Shown here one piece after another: positions 26,201 through 37,362 of a DNA stretch of 64,000 nt (positions are counted from its first letter, which is position 1; every line of letters begins with the position of its first letter). This DNA comes from Diplonema japonicum (Eukaryota; Protista; Euglenozoa: Diplonemea). Location: positions 496,001 through 560,000 of the forward strand of contig OZ025683.1 in the NCBI GenBank assembly GCA_964019335.1, written 5' to 3'. The position numbers were made by a program, and so were the translations under genes. The notes under the pieces are model-generated. The model was not told where the DNA came from and did no database searches. It saw nothing but the letters and a program-made list of their open reading frames with translations.

Positions 26201-29200
26201 ATGCAGCAAGCGTCCCTCGATCACCACTTCTGAGTTCTACATAGGGGACACAGACGATGAGGATGAGAGGCTGGCCCAAAAATTGAAGCACTGTGAAGAA
26301 GAAAAGGCTCGTGCACTGGCTGAGTTGGCAAACATGAAGGAGCGTGCTACTAGCATGTCAAAGCAAGTTGATGAACTGGTATGGCAGAAGGTACACAACC
26401 ATTATGCACCACAGGAGCTGCTCAAGGACCACGCCGAGGAGTTGCAAGAAGATCTGCAAGATGTCCAAAGCAAATTCGAAAAGTCGCAGAAACAAGTGGC
26501 TAAGCTCCAAGAACAAATTCAGCAACAGACGGCCCCTACGCACACGAACGGTCATGAGAAGCAAGACACGCCTTCCACAGAGAGTGAAAGCAGCCTTGGC
26601 TCAGAACTGGACTCCACAAACTTGGAAGCAGAGGTCGACCTCTTGAAATCTGCCTTTGCAGACGCTAAGATATTCACTGAGGTCGCTGAGGCAGACCTTG
26701 CGGAGCACTTGGAAGAGGCAAAATCGCGCGTGCAGGCGCTTGAAGATGAGCTGACTGATGTGATATCCCAGTCGGCAACACCGCGAAAGAAAACTACTGA
26801 AGCGTGGCTGCAGGACGCACTCCCCCCGTACGACGACGAGACGGAGACGGAGACGAGCGATGGGTCATCGGATGTGCATCACTTGGAGCTGCTTGATGCA
26901 GAGATTGCTAAGATGAAGAATCACATCAAAACCGTAGTGCAGAAAGACAGGGACTTCGAAACCGCGACAGACGAGCTCATCGAGCAGCACCATCACCGCA
27001 TGTATGCAACGGAGACTCCTGACACAGTAGATGTTGTTGAGGTCGAGACGCACGTGCTGCGCCATGAGATGATCACCATCAGAGAGGCCAACAAGCAACT
27101 CACAGAAGAGCTTGTGGCACTTAACACAAGCAAGGATGAGGCAAACAAGTGGCGGGATATGTACCGGCAACAGACTTTGCAGTTCAACGAGTTAGAAGAG
27201 AGGCTCTCAGGTGATGCATCTCATGCGGCACGCCTCGTTGAGCTGGAGAAGCAGCTCTCCATCGCTAAGATGGACACCCAGACTGCCACAAACCTTGCAA
27301 AGGAAGAATCTTCTGCGCGTATCACATCGTTGGCACAGGTGCAAGACATGAAGGCCGAGATGGCTGAGGCACTTGCCGCAAAGGACATCGAGACTGAGAA
27401 GCTCAACGTGTTGCTGGAAGAGGCATCGTACCACAAGAGCGAAGTGAACAAGACACTGATCCTGTTGAACGAGGCGACGAAGCGGAACGAAGAACTGATT
27501 GCAAAGAACACAGACCTCCTGAACACTGTGGAGGAGCTGAAGGCAACAGGCACTGCTGTTGACACCACTCCGCTGCACGACATGCAAGACGACAGCACGA
27601 AGACAATCAAAGAGAAGTGCAGGCACCTGCAGGAAAGCTTGAAGAAAGCACACGAACAGTGCACAGTGCAGTCCGCAAAGTACACCGAAGTGCAAAAACA
27701 TCTCAACGAGCAAATTAGTAATCTACAGTCCAAGTGCGCGACACTTGAGAACACCGTTAACGACCTCACAAGCACGAAAATAGCTTCCGAGACAGAGCTC
27801 GACCTCACGCGGGAAGAGTTGCAAACTGCAACGTTGAACCTGAAGATGTTGACGGAGAACCATGCGTCTCTGCAGACCAGCCTTAGAAAGTCGGAGGGCA
27901 ACTTGCAGCAGGCAACCGGTAGCTTGAGCGAAGCAACGGTAAGGGCACAGGGCAGTGAAAAGGTAGTTAAAGAGCTGCAAGAAAATCTGTCTGAGATGAA
28001 GACACAACAGAGGATGAAAGAGGCGGAGATCCAGAGGCTCAATGACACGATCGGCAGGCAGGCAGTTCATGAGGACAGAGTGAAAGAACAGCTGGAAACG
28101 ATAAAGGATACACTGTCAGTGAAGCAGAGCAACTTAGAGACAGAAGCTGGTGAGGCCCATGGATTGAAAATAAAGAACATCGAACTTGAAGGCCGTATTG
28201 GGGTGCTGATGACAGAGCTTGAGAACAACAAGCACTACCTCGAAGAAAGCAATGCGAAGATTGGCCACCTCGAAGAAGCATTAGCCGCTGCCCAAAACGA
28301 GCTGACCAACTACAAGGTGCAAGTCGAAGTAGGCAATGCCGCCTTGAATAGTGAGGCTTCAGCGTCGCATGCTGCAGCTCAAGAAAGGATCAGAGCCATC
28401 GAAGAAGAGCTGAAGGTGACTAATGAATACTTAGAAGAGAGGGACGAACTGATCGAAGAAGATAAAAGGACGAAGGAGATCCAGCTGGAAAAAATTGCAG
28501 ACCTTGTGCGTGAGAACGGGGTCGCGACAGCCAAGATCTTTGAGCTAGAAGGCCTTCTCAAGATAGAGCAGATAACGAACAAGTCTGTTGGTTGCGATAA
28601 CGTGGCATTTTTCGAGACGCAGAAGGAGCTCGAGGCACTGAGGGAGGAAATGAGCTCAGTGCGGGCCGACCATCTTGCGGCGATGGAAAAGTCCAACGAG
28701 ATGAAGGAAAACTGGGGCATCTCGGAAAACATGCTTGCCTCAGAGAAGCAGAAGCTGCGCGAGGCGGAGCATAAGCTGGATGCCACTTTGGCGCGTCTGC
28801 AGAACTCATCAACATCTGAGTCCACAGTGAAAGCGGAGCTTGAGGCCGTGCGCAAGGACTTGTACTCATCTGCTTTTGGTCAGTCGGAAGCAGCGTCTGC
28901 AGCGAGCAATGTGAAACGAGAATACGAAAGCAAGCTGTCTGAGGCGGTGAACGAATCAGTGTCACTGAGGAAGAAGCTTGCCACTGTGGAGGGCGAGTAC
29001 CATGCGTTGCAGTCTGAGTGCCGCAGGCTTGAAGACTGCACAGCAGGGAAAGACACTGACTACAGCACTGCCATCAGGCAGCGCGACAACGCCATCAGCG
29101 AAGTCAAGTCAAGGCTGACTAAGGTACAAGACTCGCATATGGAAGATGCTCACACCATCGCCAAGCTACGTGCTGAACTAGAGGTAAGTGAGAAGCTACG

Positions 29201-31579
29201 TCGAGATGCCGACGATTCGTTCAGATCGAAGACGCAAGACGTTGACAACAAGCTGCGCGTTGCGGAGGAGTATAACAGAAAGGCAGAATCGCTTCAAAGA
29301 AAGATCGATTCGAGCTACGTAGAGGTGGAGTCCTTGAACGCCAAGCTCAAGGTGACGACTGCTGAGCTGACTGATGCCAACAACAAGGTGTGGGAGATCG
29401 AGCAGCAGAAGTCAGATGCTGAGAGACAACTGAGGAAGGTGCAGACTGATTTGATCCTTGCCGAGCGCAAAGTGCAAGAGAGCACAGGGTCTTCGGAGGC
29501 ACTAGCACACCAGAACAGCAAGCTGAGAATGGAACTTGAAGCTGTCGACGAGCAGGTGAAAGAAGCCCAGCGGCGCAATAAAAAGCTCACTGATGAGATG
29601 CACCTTAGATCACGTCGTGACCCAAAGGGACAGGCACCTTCGGAAATCACTTCTCTGCAGAGTAGGGTTAAATTCTTGGAAGGTGAGATCGAGCTGTCGA
29701 GGTCAGGGAAGGTATGTAAAAGCGCCAGGTTCCACATTATAATATAGATCGTTGACACATCGCAGACAGACTCGAAGGCGTGGCCTTCGGAGAAGCTTCT
29801 GCTGCAAGCTGATATTGATTGCTTGAAGAGGAAGTGCTTGATGCTTGAGGACAGGTCCCAGTCGCTGACAAATGACCTGAGGCAGGCTGATGAAGCAGTA
29901 GGTGATGCCGAGGACAGGTGCCGTGAGGCAGAAGAGGAACTGATGGTTCTGAAGCAAAACGCCACGCTGGAGTCCTTCAGGAGGATGGACAGCGACAGCG
30001 ACTCATCGGTGCCCTCAGTGAAACACATCCTCAAGAACGAGTCGCCCGTCAACACTGCTTGGCTTGAACTTCTCTCGGTTGAGGTGGCCAGGATGGACGA
30101 TCTCAGCAGCACCGCCTCCACTTCCAGCACACACCAACTGGCTCAGTGTGCGAAACTGAAAACAGTATGAACAAAAGTCTCACAATCCCAATGACAATTA
30201 GATGCTCTCTTCATTCGAAGGCAGACTGATCAAAACCCTGCAGTCTGGACAGCTCCCGGTATGCTTTGCTTTATGTTACCATGTTCATCAGGATGTCGTA
30301 ACAAGTGCCTTGCGGAAGGTGCAAGACGAGGCAAGGACTATTGCCAAGCTTATCCGGTTTGCTGAGGTATGTCTGCAGCAAGAAACACGTCATTCACCTC
30401 CAGGATACAGCAAAGAAGGTGCAAGAGAGGCTTGCGGCGGACATCAAGCCTTACAGCACGTCATTCATGCACCACATGAATTCGCTCAGAACAGCCCCCT
30501 CTCCTTGGACAGACCCTATTGCCAAGGCTATCATTCAGCAGCACAGAGGCAAGTGGTGCGGTGCTGCAGAGGCCCTCTCAGACATGCTGGGCCACGATGC
30601 TCAGGACATCGACAAGATACAGCATAACCTAAAACTGTGGGAATCGATAAGCCTAGACGACCATGCTGCAGTGAGCGCTAACACCTTAGCTGGCACTGTT
30701 GACGTCTATGCACCACGCGAGGACACCTGGCCGCTTCTCACTGCAGAGGACAATGAAAACAGCGAGAAAGAGAACGTCCGCCTGCGGTATGCAGTCCCAA
30801 CCTTTAGCCAATCCTTGCAGTGACGAGCTTCGATCAGCGCAGTCGGCAGTGCAGACGCTCGAGTCGCAGTTCAACAGGGAACGTGAGCGAGAGAGCAGAG
30901 AGCGGGACAGGGAGAGCAAGGAACGCGAACGCTCGGTGCAGAGGTATGTCAGCGAGACCCTTTAACAACATCGCAGTGTGCACGTGTCGCTGGATGAAGA
31001 CCCGTTCTTCAAGACGTGTGTCTTGCATGTGCATAACCTAGACGCTCGGTACAGGCTGCTGCTTGATGTACGCGGTAACTTAATGAGTGCCTTGGTGCCT
31101 TGCCGCCTGCCCGATGTCAGCGGGTCGCCTCTTGTGAGGTTCAAGAAAGGTGCAATGTGCGTGGTGTTTGCAATCTCCCTGCGGAGGCTCAGCAGACGGA
31201 GGAAGGAGGAGACGGCTTTTGTGGAGGCATCACCAGTGAAAGCAGCGAGGTCGCTGTTGGCGAGGCCTGCAAGGGAAGGAAAGGTGGCTCATGTTGTGAG
31301 CAATGACATTGCAAGCAGGACCTTGCTTGAGGTATGATGCGGACTAGCTGCTGATACACGATCACAGGGACTTCAGAGACTGAGGGAGACCGTCACGACA
31401 TCGAAGGCAAGGGTCGACTTCATTGAGGTATACTTATCCTATCGCGCATCATATCACCACAGGGATCACTGGAACGTGAGGACCCGATTAGCGAGACGGA
31501 GACAGGTGACTCAGGGGATGAAAGCTTCGACATCAACGATGCACTCGAAGAAGACTCATGGGGTGCCATGGACTCGTAG
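17205..31579 (+). CDS. Giant coiled-coil protein (~4,700 aa) with repeated acidic di-tryptophan motifs; exons 17205-29711, 29748-30164, 30202-30258, 30292-30366, 30404-30786, 30821-30943, 30977-31331, 31368-31427, 31463-31579
   Basis: ATG at 17205 downstream of ACACAG; E/K/L/Q-rich heptads throughout. Eight GT..AG introns (281 nt in total) chain ORFs 17157, 29823, 30202, 30305, 30699 and 30978 into one frame ending ...EEDSWGAMDS* (14,094 nt, divisible by 3). Confidence 0.85.
18360..20830 (+). repeat. Intragenic repeat block 1 (GWGDDGWG plus coiled-coil units, including a near-exact 453-bp tandem duplication)
   Basis: Identical antisense ORFs at 18951 and 19404 (offset 453); 7 di-Trp motifs. 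Confidence 0.9.
22975..24740 (+). repeat. Intragenic repeat block 2, partly a near-identical copy of block 1 (offset 4,575 bp)
   Basis: Identical antisense ORFs at 18951 and 23526; 6 di-Trp motifs. Confidence 0.9.
25965..26414 (+). other. Three candidate in-frame, stop-free tiny introns: 25965-26000 (36 nt), 26133-26174 (42 nt, GTGT donor), 26379-26414 (36 nt)
   Basis: GTATG/GTGT...ACAG, A/C-rich, same size class as the frame-required introns. The encoded peptides (VCSTQHIHTNGQ, VFQQIKKKKKATPQ, VWQKVHNHYAPQ) break the coiled-coil composition. Confidence 0.6.
29712..31462 (+). other. Eight tiny cis-introns: 29712-29747, 30165-30201, 30259-30291, 30367-30403, 30787-30820, 30944-30976, 31332-31367, 31428-31462 (33-37 nt)
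   Basis: GTATG donors (one GTATA) and YAG acceptors. Seven remove stops or frameshifts; 30259-30291 is in-frame and stopless. Confidence 0.88.
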
Positions 31580-32228
31580 TACAGGGCTGCAGAGGGGAGG
31601 GGAGGGGAGGGGTGTGTTATGTTATGGTGCTTTTTTGTAACAATTGCCTAATCCTGTAGTGTTATCATCAATCTGTGGATTTCGTTTATATTTCTTTTTA
31701 AAAAAGAAGAAGAAAAAAAAAAAAAAAAAGGGAAAAGGGGAGAAAGAAATTATCCCGAAGGACGGGAGCCAATGTTTCTTTTTTTAATTTTTGCTGAATG
31801 AATTCCTTTTTTTTTTTTTAATATCCCCCTTCTCCTTGTGCGACTTAGCGAAGGGAAGAGAGTTATCAGAAAACAGAAACTCCGAATGATTGTAAGGAGG
31901 GGGCAACATCATCTAGATAGCAGTTGGGCGAGGGTTAGAAAACACTTTTTTTAAAAAAAGAAAAACGTTAACATCTACAGCCACGCTCATAGTTTACCTG
32001 TCTTTGAGGTTGGGGGGAAGTATCTTCCTCCACGCCCCCCTTTTTTTTCTTCTTTTCATGCACCATTACACCCTCATAGATATAGTCCCCCCCCATACTT
32101 GTTTCCTTTTTATATCTTTATTTTTCTTTTTTTCTTGGTGCCCAATTCTTCTCATGTTTTATTTCTGTCCACAAGCTGCCCCGTTGGATCCACATTCAGA
32201 AAAAGGTAAAAAATAAAAAAAAAATAAA

Positions 32229-33823
32229 ATGAGTGACGACTTCTGTGTCGTCACTGGCCTGCCTTTGATCAGGCTGCCCGCGAAGCTTGTGAGTGGACCA
32301 TGGTATGTACTTTGCGAAGAAAGGAAAGGATTCATACCAAACACAGTTCACGGCTGACTGGTGTATTGTACTATAGCGTGGTGCGGAAGAGTGTGCAGAA
32401 GTGGTCGTTCTGGCACGACAGGGTGGTCATGGTGACGCATAACAAGTTCATCGTGACGGACGAGGACGGCACCATCAAGCGGTTCCACAACTTGGACCAC
32501 ATCACGAAAATAACTGTCGACAAGAAGCACAACGGCAAGCTGCTCATCCTTGTGGGCGTGCAGGTCACGAACGGTAACGATGTCCTCCTCTCCTTCAACA
32601 GCGTGGACAACGGGCACCGCTTCATCTCTGTCCTGGAGACAGTCCTGAACACGTCGTCTTCTGGCAGCTGGATGATCGCTGAAGGCAACGTCGAGGTACG
32701 CAGCGCGGACAGGGCAACTCTCCCCAAGATCGGCTCCTCATGCAGCATGACCGAACAGGAGATCTACGAAGAGATCGAACGGGATGGCAACCAGTTGGCT
32801 ATCATGATGACACGGCAAATGTGCCCAATCACAGGCCTCCCTTATGTAGAGCCTCCCACTGGCCTCACAGCACCCAACTTCAAGATGCTCTATTGCGGAA
32901 ACATTCTGAAGCTAACTGCGAAAGGGAAGGAACACGACAGGGTGCTGTTCGTTACGCTGCAACGCATCATAGTGGCGGACATGGCGGGGAATGTGAAGAG
33001 GTTCCAGTCCACTCATGATATCGTGGCGCTCAAGCACACCATCGACAATGAGATCTTGTTGGAAATGACAGCTAGTAAGGACTTGCTATTGCACACTTGC
33101 CCCGAGGACGCAGCTGTCCTGATGAACGTGATCGGCACCGTGCGGAAAGCTCAGAGCAAAGGCTTGGCAGTTCCCACGTGGAAGGGTGTCTCGGAGGTGC
33201 AGGCGAGTTTGGAGATACGAAAAGGTGATAGCTATGTGCCCCCGCAAGTGACACTGTTCACGTTAAGAGGGGCACAGCACAGGAGGCGGTCGACATTTGT
33301 GTTGGGGAGCTTTTGTTCGCATGATGCAGCGCAGCTGCTGGACAAGGTAGCTAAGACACGTAGCCTCGACGTCCAGGGCATCGTGGAGAGAGCGGAGAAG
33401 GTAGAACGGACACGATTATGGCAGAGGGACCTCCCTGAAGACGCAGAACAAATGGACGAGCAGGCGGAGAAGGTGAGCAATAGTTTCAACAGCGTGCAGT
33501 CCGTCGACAGCGTCCCCTGTGTCATCAACGCCTTCAACATCACTATACCATGCGATCTGCAGAAATGCGTGACGTGCTTTGCACTAAATAGACAGATCAG
33601 AGAGAACAGCCCTCCGGTTAAGTCGCCTGGCACGTTATCCGTAGGCACTCCCTCCCGCCCCCCACCTGCTCCTCTCTTGGGTGATCCTTACGACCCTCTC
33701 AGGGTGCAGCTCTCTGCTGCAAGGATAAAAATTCATAGCCTCGAACAGTCGAGAAAGTCGAATACCAAAAATATCGACGCATTACTCACGAAACTGAGGT
33801 CAGCCACAAAACGGAACAAGTAG
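32229..33823 (+). CDS. Protein with two tandem PH-like domains and a C-terminal coiled coil (516 aa); exons 32229-32302, 32347-33823
   Basis: A 44-nt GTATG..ACACAG intron (32303-32346) links ATG 32229 to ORF 32300. The two internal repeats each start C-x-[VI]-TGLP and contain V.K......DRV.. and G.[IV]KRF motifs typical of PH/TH1-like folds. Confidence 0.75.
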
Positions 33824-33894
33824 AGCGAGAGCTGTGATAATCCTTCCTCACATCATTCATTTGATATCGAGCATTGTTTTCTTCTCTTTTTTCT

Positions 33895-33938
33895 TTGGCG
33901 GGCCGTTGCTAACCACTTCGTTCCTACCATAGTGAATT
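33895..33938. repeat. 44-bp dispersed intergenic element, copy 1
   Basis: TTGGCGGGCCGTTGCTAACCACTTCGTTCCTACCATAGTGAATT; 43/44 identical to 48008-48051. Confidence 0.9.
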
Positions 33939-34175
33939 CTTTTCTTTTGTGCCCCTCTAGCTGGGCTGGCGGTTGCCGGCTTTCTAAGTGCATGGTGTTC
34001 CATTCCTATGTGTCAGTATTTGGGTGCTCTTTCTGTTAAGTGGGGAAACGACGCAAGACCTCCTTGCATCTTTTCTTCTGTAAAGTTCCTGTTTGTTTTA
34101 GTTCCAGTCTACTTTTTTGTTCTTGTATCGCGAACCTGAAGTGTTGTAGGTCTGTTTACACACAAAATATAAAAA

Positions 34176-34544
34176 ATGGCTGGTGTCGTACCGAATCTCA
34201 TCATGAACGTGACGGTGAACCCACCGCAGATCTCGATCATAGGGCCTGTGAAGGAGACGACGGTACAGAAGCTGAACACCATTCTTCCGAACTGCTGCAC
34301 CAGTGCATCAGGACAAAAGACGAAGATGGAGTTCATCCGCAAAGACATCCCCCCGCACTGGTACGCAGAGCTGCCCACCGCCTTTGCAAACGAGGAGATG
34401 GGCCAGTCACAGATCTTCCTTTCCCTCATGGACGCCCTGGAGGAGGAGGGTGGCTGGATCCTCAAGGGTACCAACGCGACCAACCATGACGAGGCAAAAG
34501 TCACTTACAAGTTTTTCTTCATGAAGGACGAGGACGATGACTAG
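34176..34544 (+). CDS. Paraflagellar rod component PFC16-like small protein
   Basis: 122 aa. NVTVNPPQISIIGP...LMDALEEEGGW...YKFFF resembles, from recollection, the kinetoplastid PFC16 family. Confidence 0.65.
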   Translation: MAGVVPNLIMNVTVNPPQISIIGPVKETTVQKLNTILPNCCTSASGQKTKMEFIRKDIPPHWYAELPTAFANEEMGQSQIFLSLMDALEEEGGWILKGTNATNHDEAKVTYKFFFMKDEDDD

Positions 34545-34728
34545 CCGTGTCTTGACAACAAGAAAGAAGAATTTAATAAGTGTTCCTCCCCGCCCATCTT
34601 CTCCACCCATTTGTCACGACTGCAAAAGTCTCTCTTGTTTATATATTATTATGACACTTTTAACATTACACTTATTACCATTTCCTTCTTTACCCTTGCA
34701 CAACACAGCACCACCCTGCAGGCAAGAG

Positions 34729-37257
34729 ATGCCCAACGAGCCTGCGGTCCTGTGCTATGGGTTGGTCAACGGCTACAAGTCGTTCCGCGCGAGGTCAGTC
34801 ACACCGCGTGAAGAAAAGAAAAGCACGGCAGCCAGTCGCAAGAGATCTCTTGCACGCGGGAAGGGCTCCCCTGCACGTGGCGCACGTGGGGTTGCAAAAC
34901 TGAAACGTGAGAAGGGAAAAGAAACCATTCGTGTGACACTGCACTGCAACGATGCAGCATTAGAAAAGCCCAACAAACAAGCTGTTGAGGACAATGAGAG
35001 AGAAACGGAGGAAGAGCTCGACGCCCTCCGAAGCAAGGTGTCGTCGTTGAAACTGCACATAAAGCAGCTTACAAGACGGACAGAAGCATGCAATAGAGAG
35101 AACAACGAGCTGAAGGAAGAGTTAGACAAACAGAACGCAGCCAACGAGCAGTTTTTAAGTGATTACATTGGGGCTGTGCCTCTGGATGATCACATTGCCG
35201 TGGGGGACAAGCTAGCACAGCAAGAGGTGGAAGCGATGGCAGTCGCCACAAAGCATCAGCAGGAGATTTCCGACCTCGGGACGAAGCTGGCTGCAGCAGA
35301 AGGCGAACGCGACGGGCTGCGGGCGGAGACGGTGCAACTGCAATCTGCTATGGTTGAACAGGCTGAGGACTTTGAGGAAGCTTTGCTTAAAGCCACGCAG
35401 AAACCCCAACTACAGTTCTTAGCAACCAGTACACAGACGTCCTACATGGTGCAAGACGAGTCTGCCATGCTGCGTCAGCTAGAGAATCTTGAGCTGTTCG
35501 CCAGGCATGACATGCAGACCCTGCACTGCGCCATGGTGGCCCGCGTTGCTTCCGTGTTCCTGCATATGCTTCAAGACACCTCAGCAGCAGCCAGATCCAG
35601 CCACGAGAAGCATCAGGGCGTCGTAGCTGGGATCAATGACTGTAATAACCTTTTGAAAAGCAGAACGAGAGCACTGGAAGAGAAGGTAGCTTCTTTAGAA
35701 GCCGAGGCAGTGCATTATCAGAGGGGGGTTTCTCATGCACGACAAGAGCTCGTAGAATTGAAAGAAGAGCTTTTATCCAAAGAACTGACTGTCAAGGACG
35801 TGTCTCAGCAGGTGGCCAACATCACCGCCAAGCTTTCAAAGTACCAGCAGAAATGCCAATCCATGCAAAAAATAAAAACAGAGCTCCAAGCAAGCGAAGG
35901 CGAGAGAAGCCGCATGCGGTCTGAGAACGATTTGATAAAGGAAAAGCTGCGCGTTGCCCTGCAGCTGGAACAGCACCTTACGAAGCAGGTTGCAGCAGCG
36001 GAGGAGAGTGCTGCACAAGTCAGCGTCCAGAACTCAGCACTGAAGAATGAGGTAGCGGTGCTGCGGCAGGTGTCCGAGTCAAAGTCTAAGGATTTGGAGC
36101 TGGTACGCGGCCTGAAGGCACAGCAGATGACAATTTACGATGAAACGCACTGCAGGCTCGGCATCCTGCATGACGCCTATGACAGCTTCCTTACCAGTCT
36201 CACAGCTGAGAGAATGAGTCTTATCTATAAGTTCGAGTGCAACACACATGACCATGGGCAGACACGCCTCATGCAGCTCGTGCAGCAGCAGCAAGAGCAA
36301 CTTACATTGTTCAATAGCAAGCTTGACGGCCTTGCGGCCGGGACCATCACAGCAAAGAGAGACATTGGTAGAGAAGCAACGCCCTTGACGGTCGGCCTCA
36401 TGTCGCTGCAGGCTGGCTTGCTTGACGCCACTTCCGAGGCTGCTGAGTCTGCTGCCGCAGTGCAAGTCATTCAGCGCAGTGGCCACGGTTACATCCAAAG
36501 AAAGGCTTTGTACAAGGAACGCGAGCAGCAGGTGTGGACAACGGAGGTTGTACAGCGTGTTGCCCGCGGCTACCTCGCACGCAGGACTCTAGCAGCAGAA
36601 GTAGAAGAAGACAGGACCCCGGAGCAGGTACATTGTTCTTCCTCCGCGGCTGAAGATGTAACAGTAGATGAACTCGTAACGGATGTAGATCAGCCCCCTG
36701 TGACTGATGGCCTCGTGACTGATGAAGTGAATCCTGTGAATCTCGCTGATGCGGGCATTCTCACCTCTGCACACAGTCCAACCGACGCCCCCGACGCTTC
36801 GAGGTCTGACTCGGATACGTCTCCTGTGTTTGAAATACCTGACACAGAGGAAGAATCTGAAGACATCCCCGTTCCTGTGTTTGATCTTGCGCCTGACGTG
36901 CCCGAGCCTACGACTGAAACGCCCGATGCGGTGTCATCTACAGATGTGTCAAGTCCGACCTCCACAGGGCACCCGGCACCGGTGTGTGACCCTCTGCAGG
37001 ATGATATGGAAGAGGACGCAGAGCACCCACGCGCGATAAGCGAGATGATGAAATCACCAGGTACAGAGAAGTCTTCCATGCTGCATGACAGCTTTGTGAA
37101 ACCCAGTGGGTCACCTGCAACGGAGATTAATAACCCTGTGCCGAGGTTCAGCATAACCAGTGACGACAGCGTAGACTTCTCGCTCGCTTCGTCTGAGGGC
37201 GACATCCCTGTCCCTCTCTTCGAGCCTTCTGCTCAAACTGTTGAAGTGCTCTCTTAA
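34729..37257 (+). CDS. Coiled-coil protein with two IQ-like calmodulin-binding motifs and an acidic Pro-rich tail (842 aa)
   Basis: Likely start MPNEP at 34729 after CAG acceptors; the upstream ORF extension overlaps the previous gene and is AT-rich. IQ-like motifs IQRSGHGYIQRK and VQRVARGYLARR. Confidence 0.75.
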   Translation: MPNEPAVLCYGLVNGYKSFRARSVTPREEKKSTAASRKRSLARGKGSPARGARGVAKLKREKGKETIRVTLHCNDAALEKPNKQAVEDNERETEEELDALRSKVSSLKLHIKQLTRRTEACNRENNELKEELDKQNAANEQFLSDYIGAVPLDDHIAVGDKLAQQEVEAMAVATKHQQEISDLGTKLAAAEGERDGLRAETVQLQSAMVEQAEDFEEALLKATQKPQLQFLATSTQTSYMVQDESAMLRQLENLELFARHDMQTLHCAMVARVASVFLHMLQDTSAAARSSHEKHQGVVAGINDCNNLLKSRTRALEEKVASLEAEAVHYQRGVSHARQELVELKEELLSKELTVKDVSQQVANITAKLSKYQQKCQSMQKIKTELQASEGERSRMRSENDLIKEKLRVALQLEQHLTKQVAAAEESAAQVSVQNSALKNEVAVLRQVSESKSKDLELVRGLKAQQMTIYDETHCRLGILHDAYDSFLTSLTAERMSLIYKFECNTHDHGQTRLMQLVQQQQEQLTLFNSKLDGLAAGTITAKRDIGREATPLTVGLMSLQAGLLDATSEAAESAAAVQVIQRSGHGYIQRKALYKEREQQVWTTEVVQRVARGYLARRTLAAEVEEDRTPEQVHCSSSAAEDVTVDELVTDVDQPPVTDGLVTDEVNPVNLADAGILTSAHSPTDAPDASRSDSDTSPVFEIPDTEEESEDIPVPVFDLAPDVPEPTTETPDAVSSTDVSSPTSTGHPAPVCDPLQDDMEEDAEHPRAISEMMKSPGTEKSSMLHDSFVKPSGSPATEINNPVPRFSITSDDSVDFSLASSEGDIPVPLFEPSAQTVEVLS

Positions 37258-37362
37258 ATGCCTTTTCCAAGTGCACCAAGTTACAATTATATAAAACTGT
37301 CATTATTGTCTTCATTCGTGTTTTAGTTGCACAACAAGGTTGACACAAGAAACAAGAAGAAT

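Noticed and set aside
17803-30130. Many minus-strand Ser/Phe/Leu-rich ORFs
   Set aside because: Antisense shadows of the E/K-rich coiled-coil gene.
16110-31337. Stop-codon reassignment or programmed frameshifting to explain the fragmented ORFs
   Set aside because: All breaks are resolved by canonical tiny GT-AG introns, and TAA, TAG and TGA all end genes in this window.
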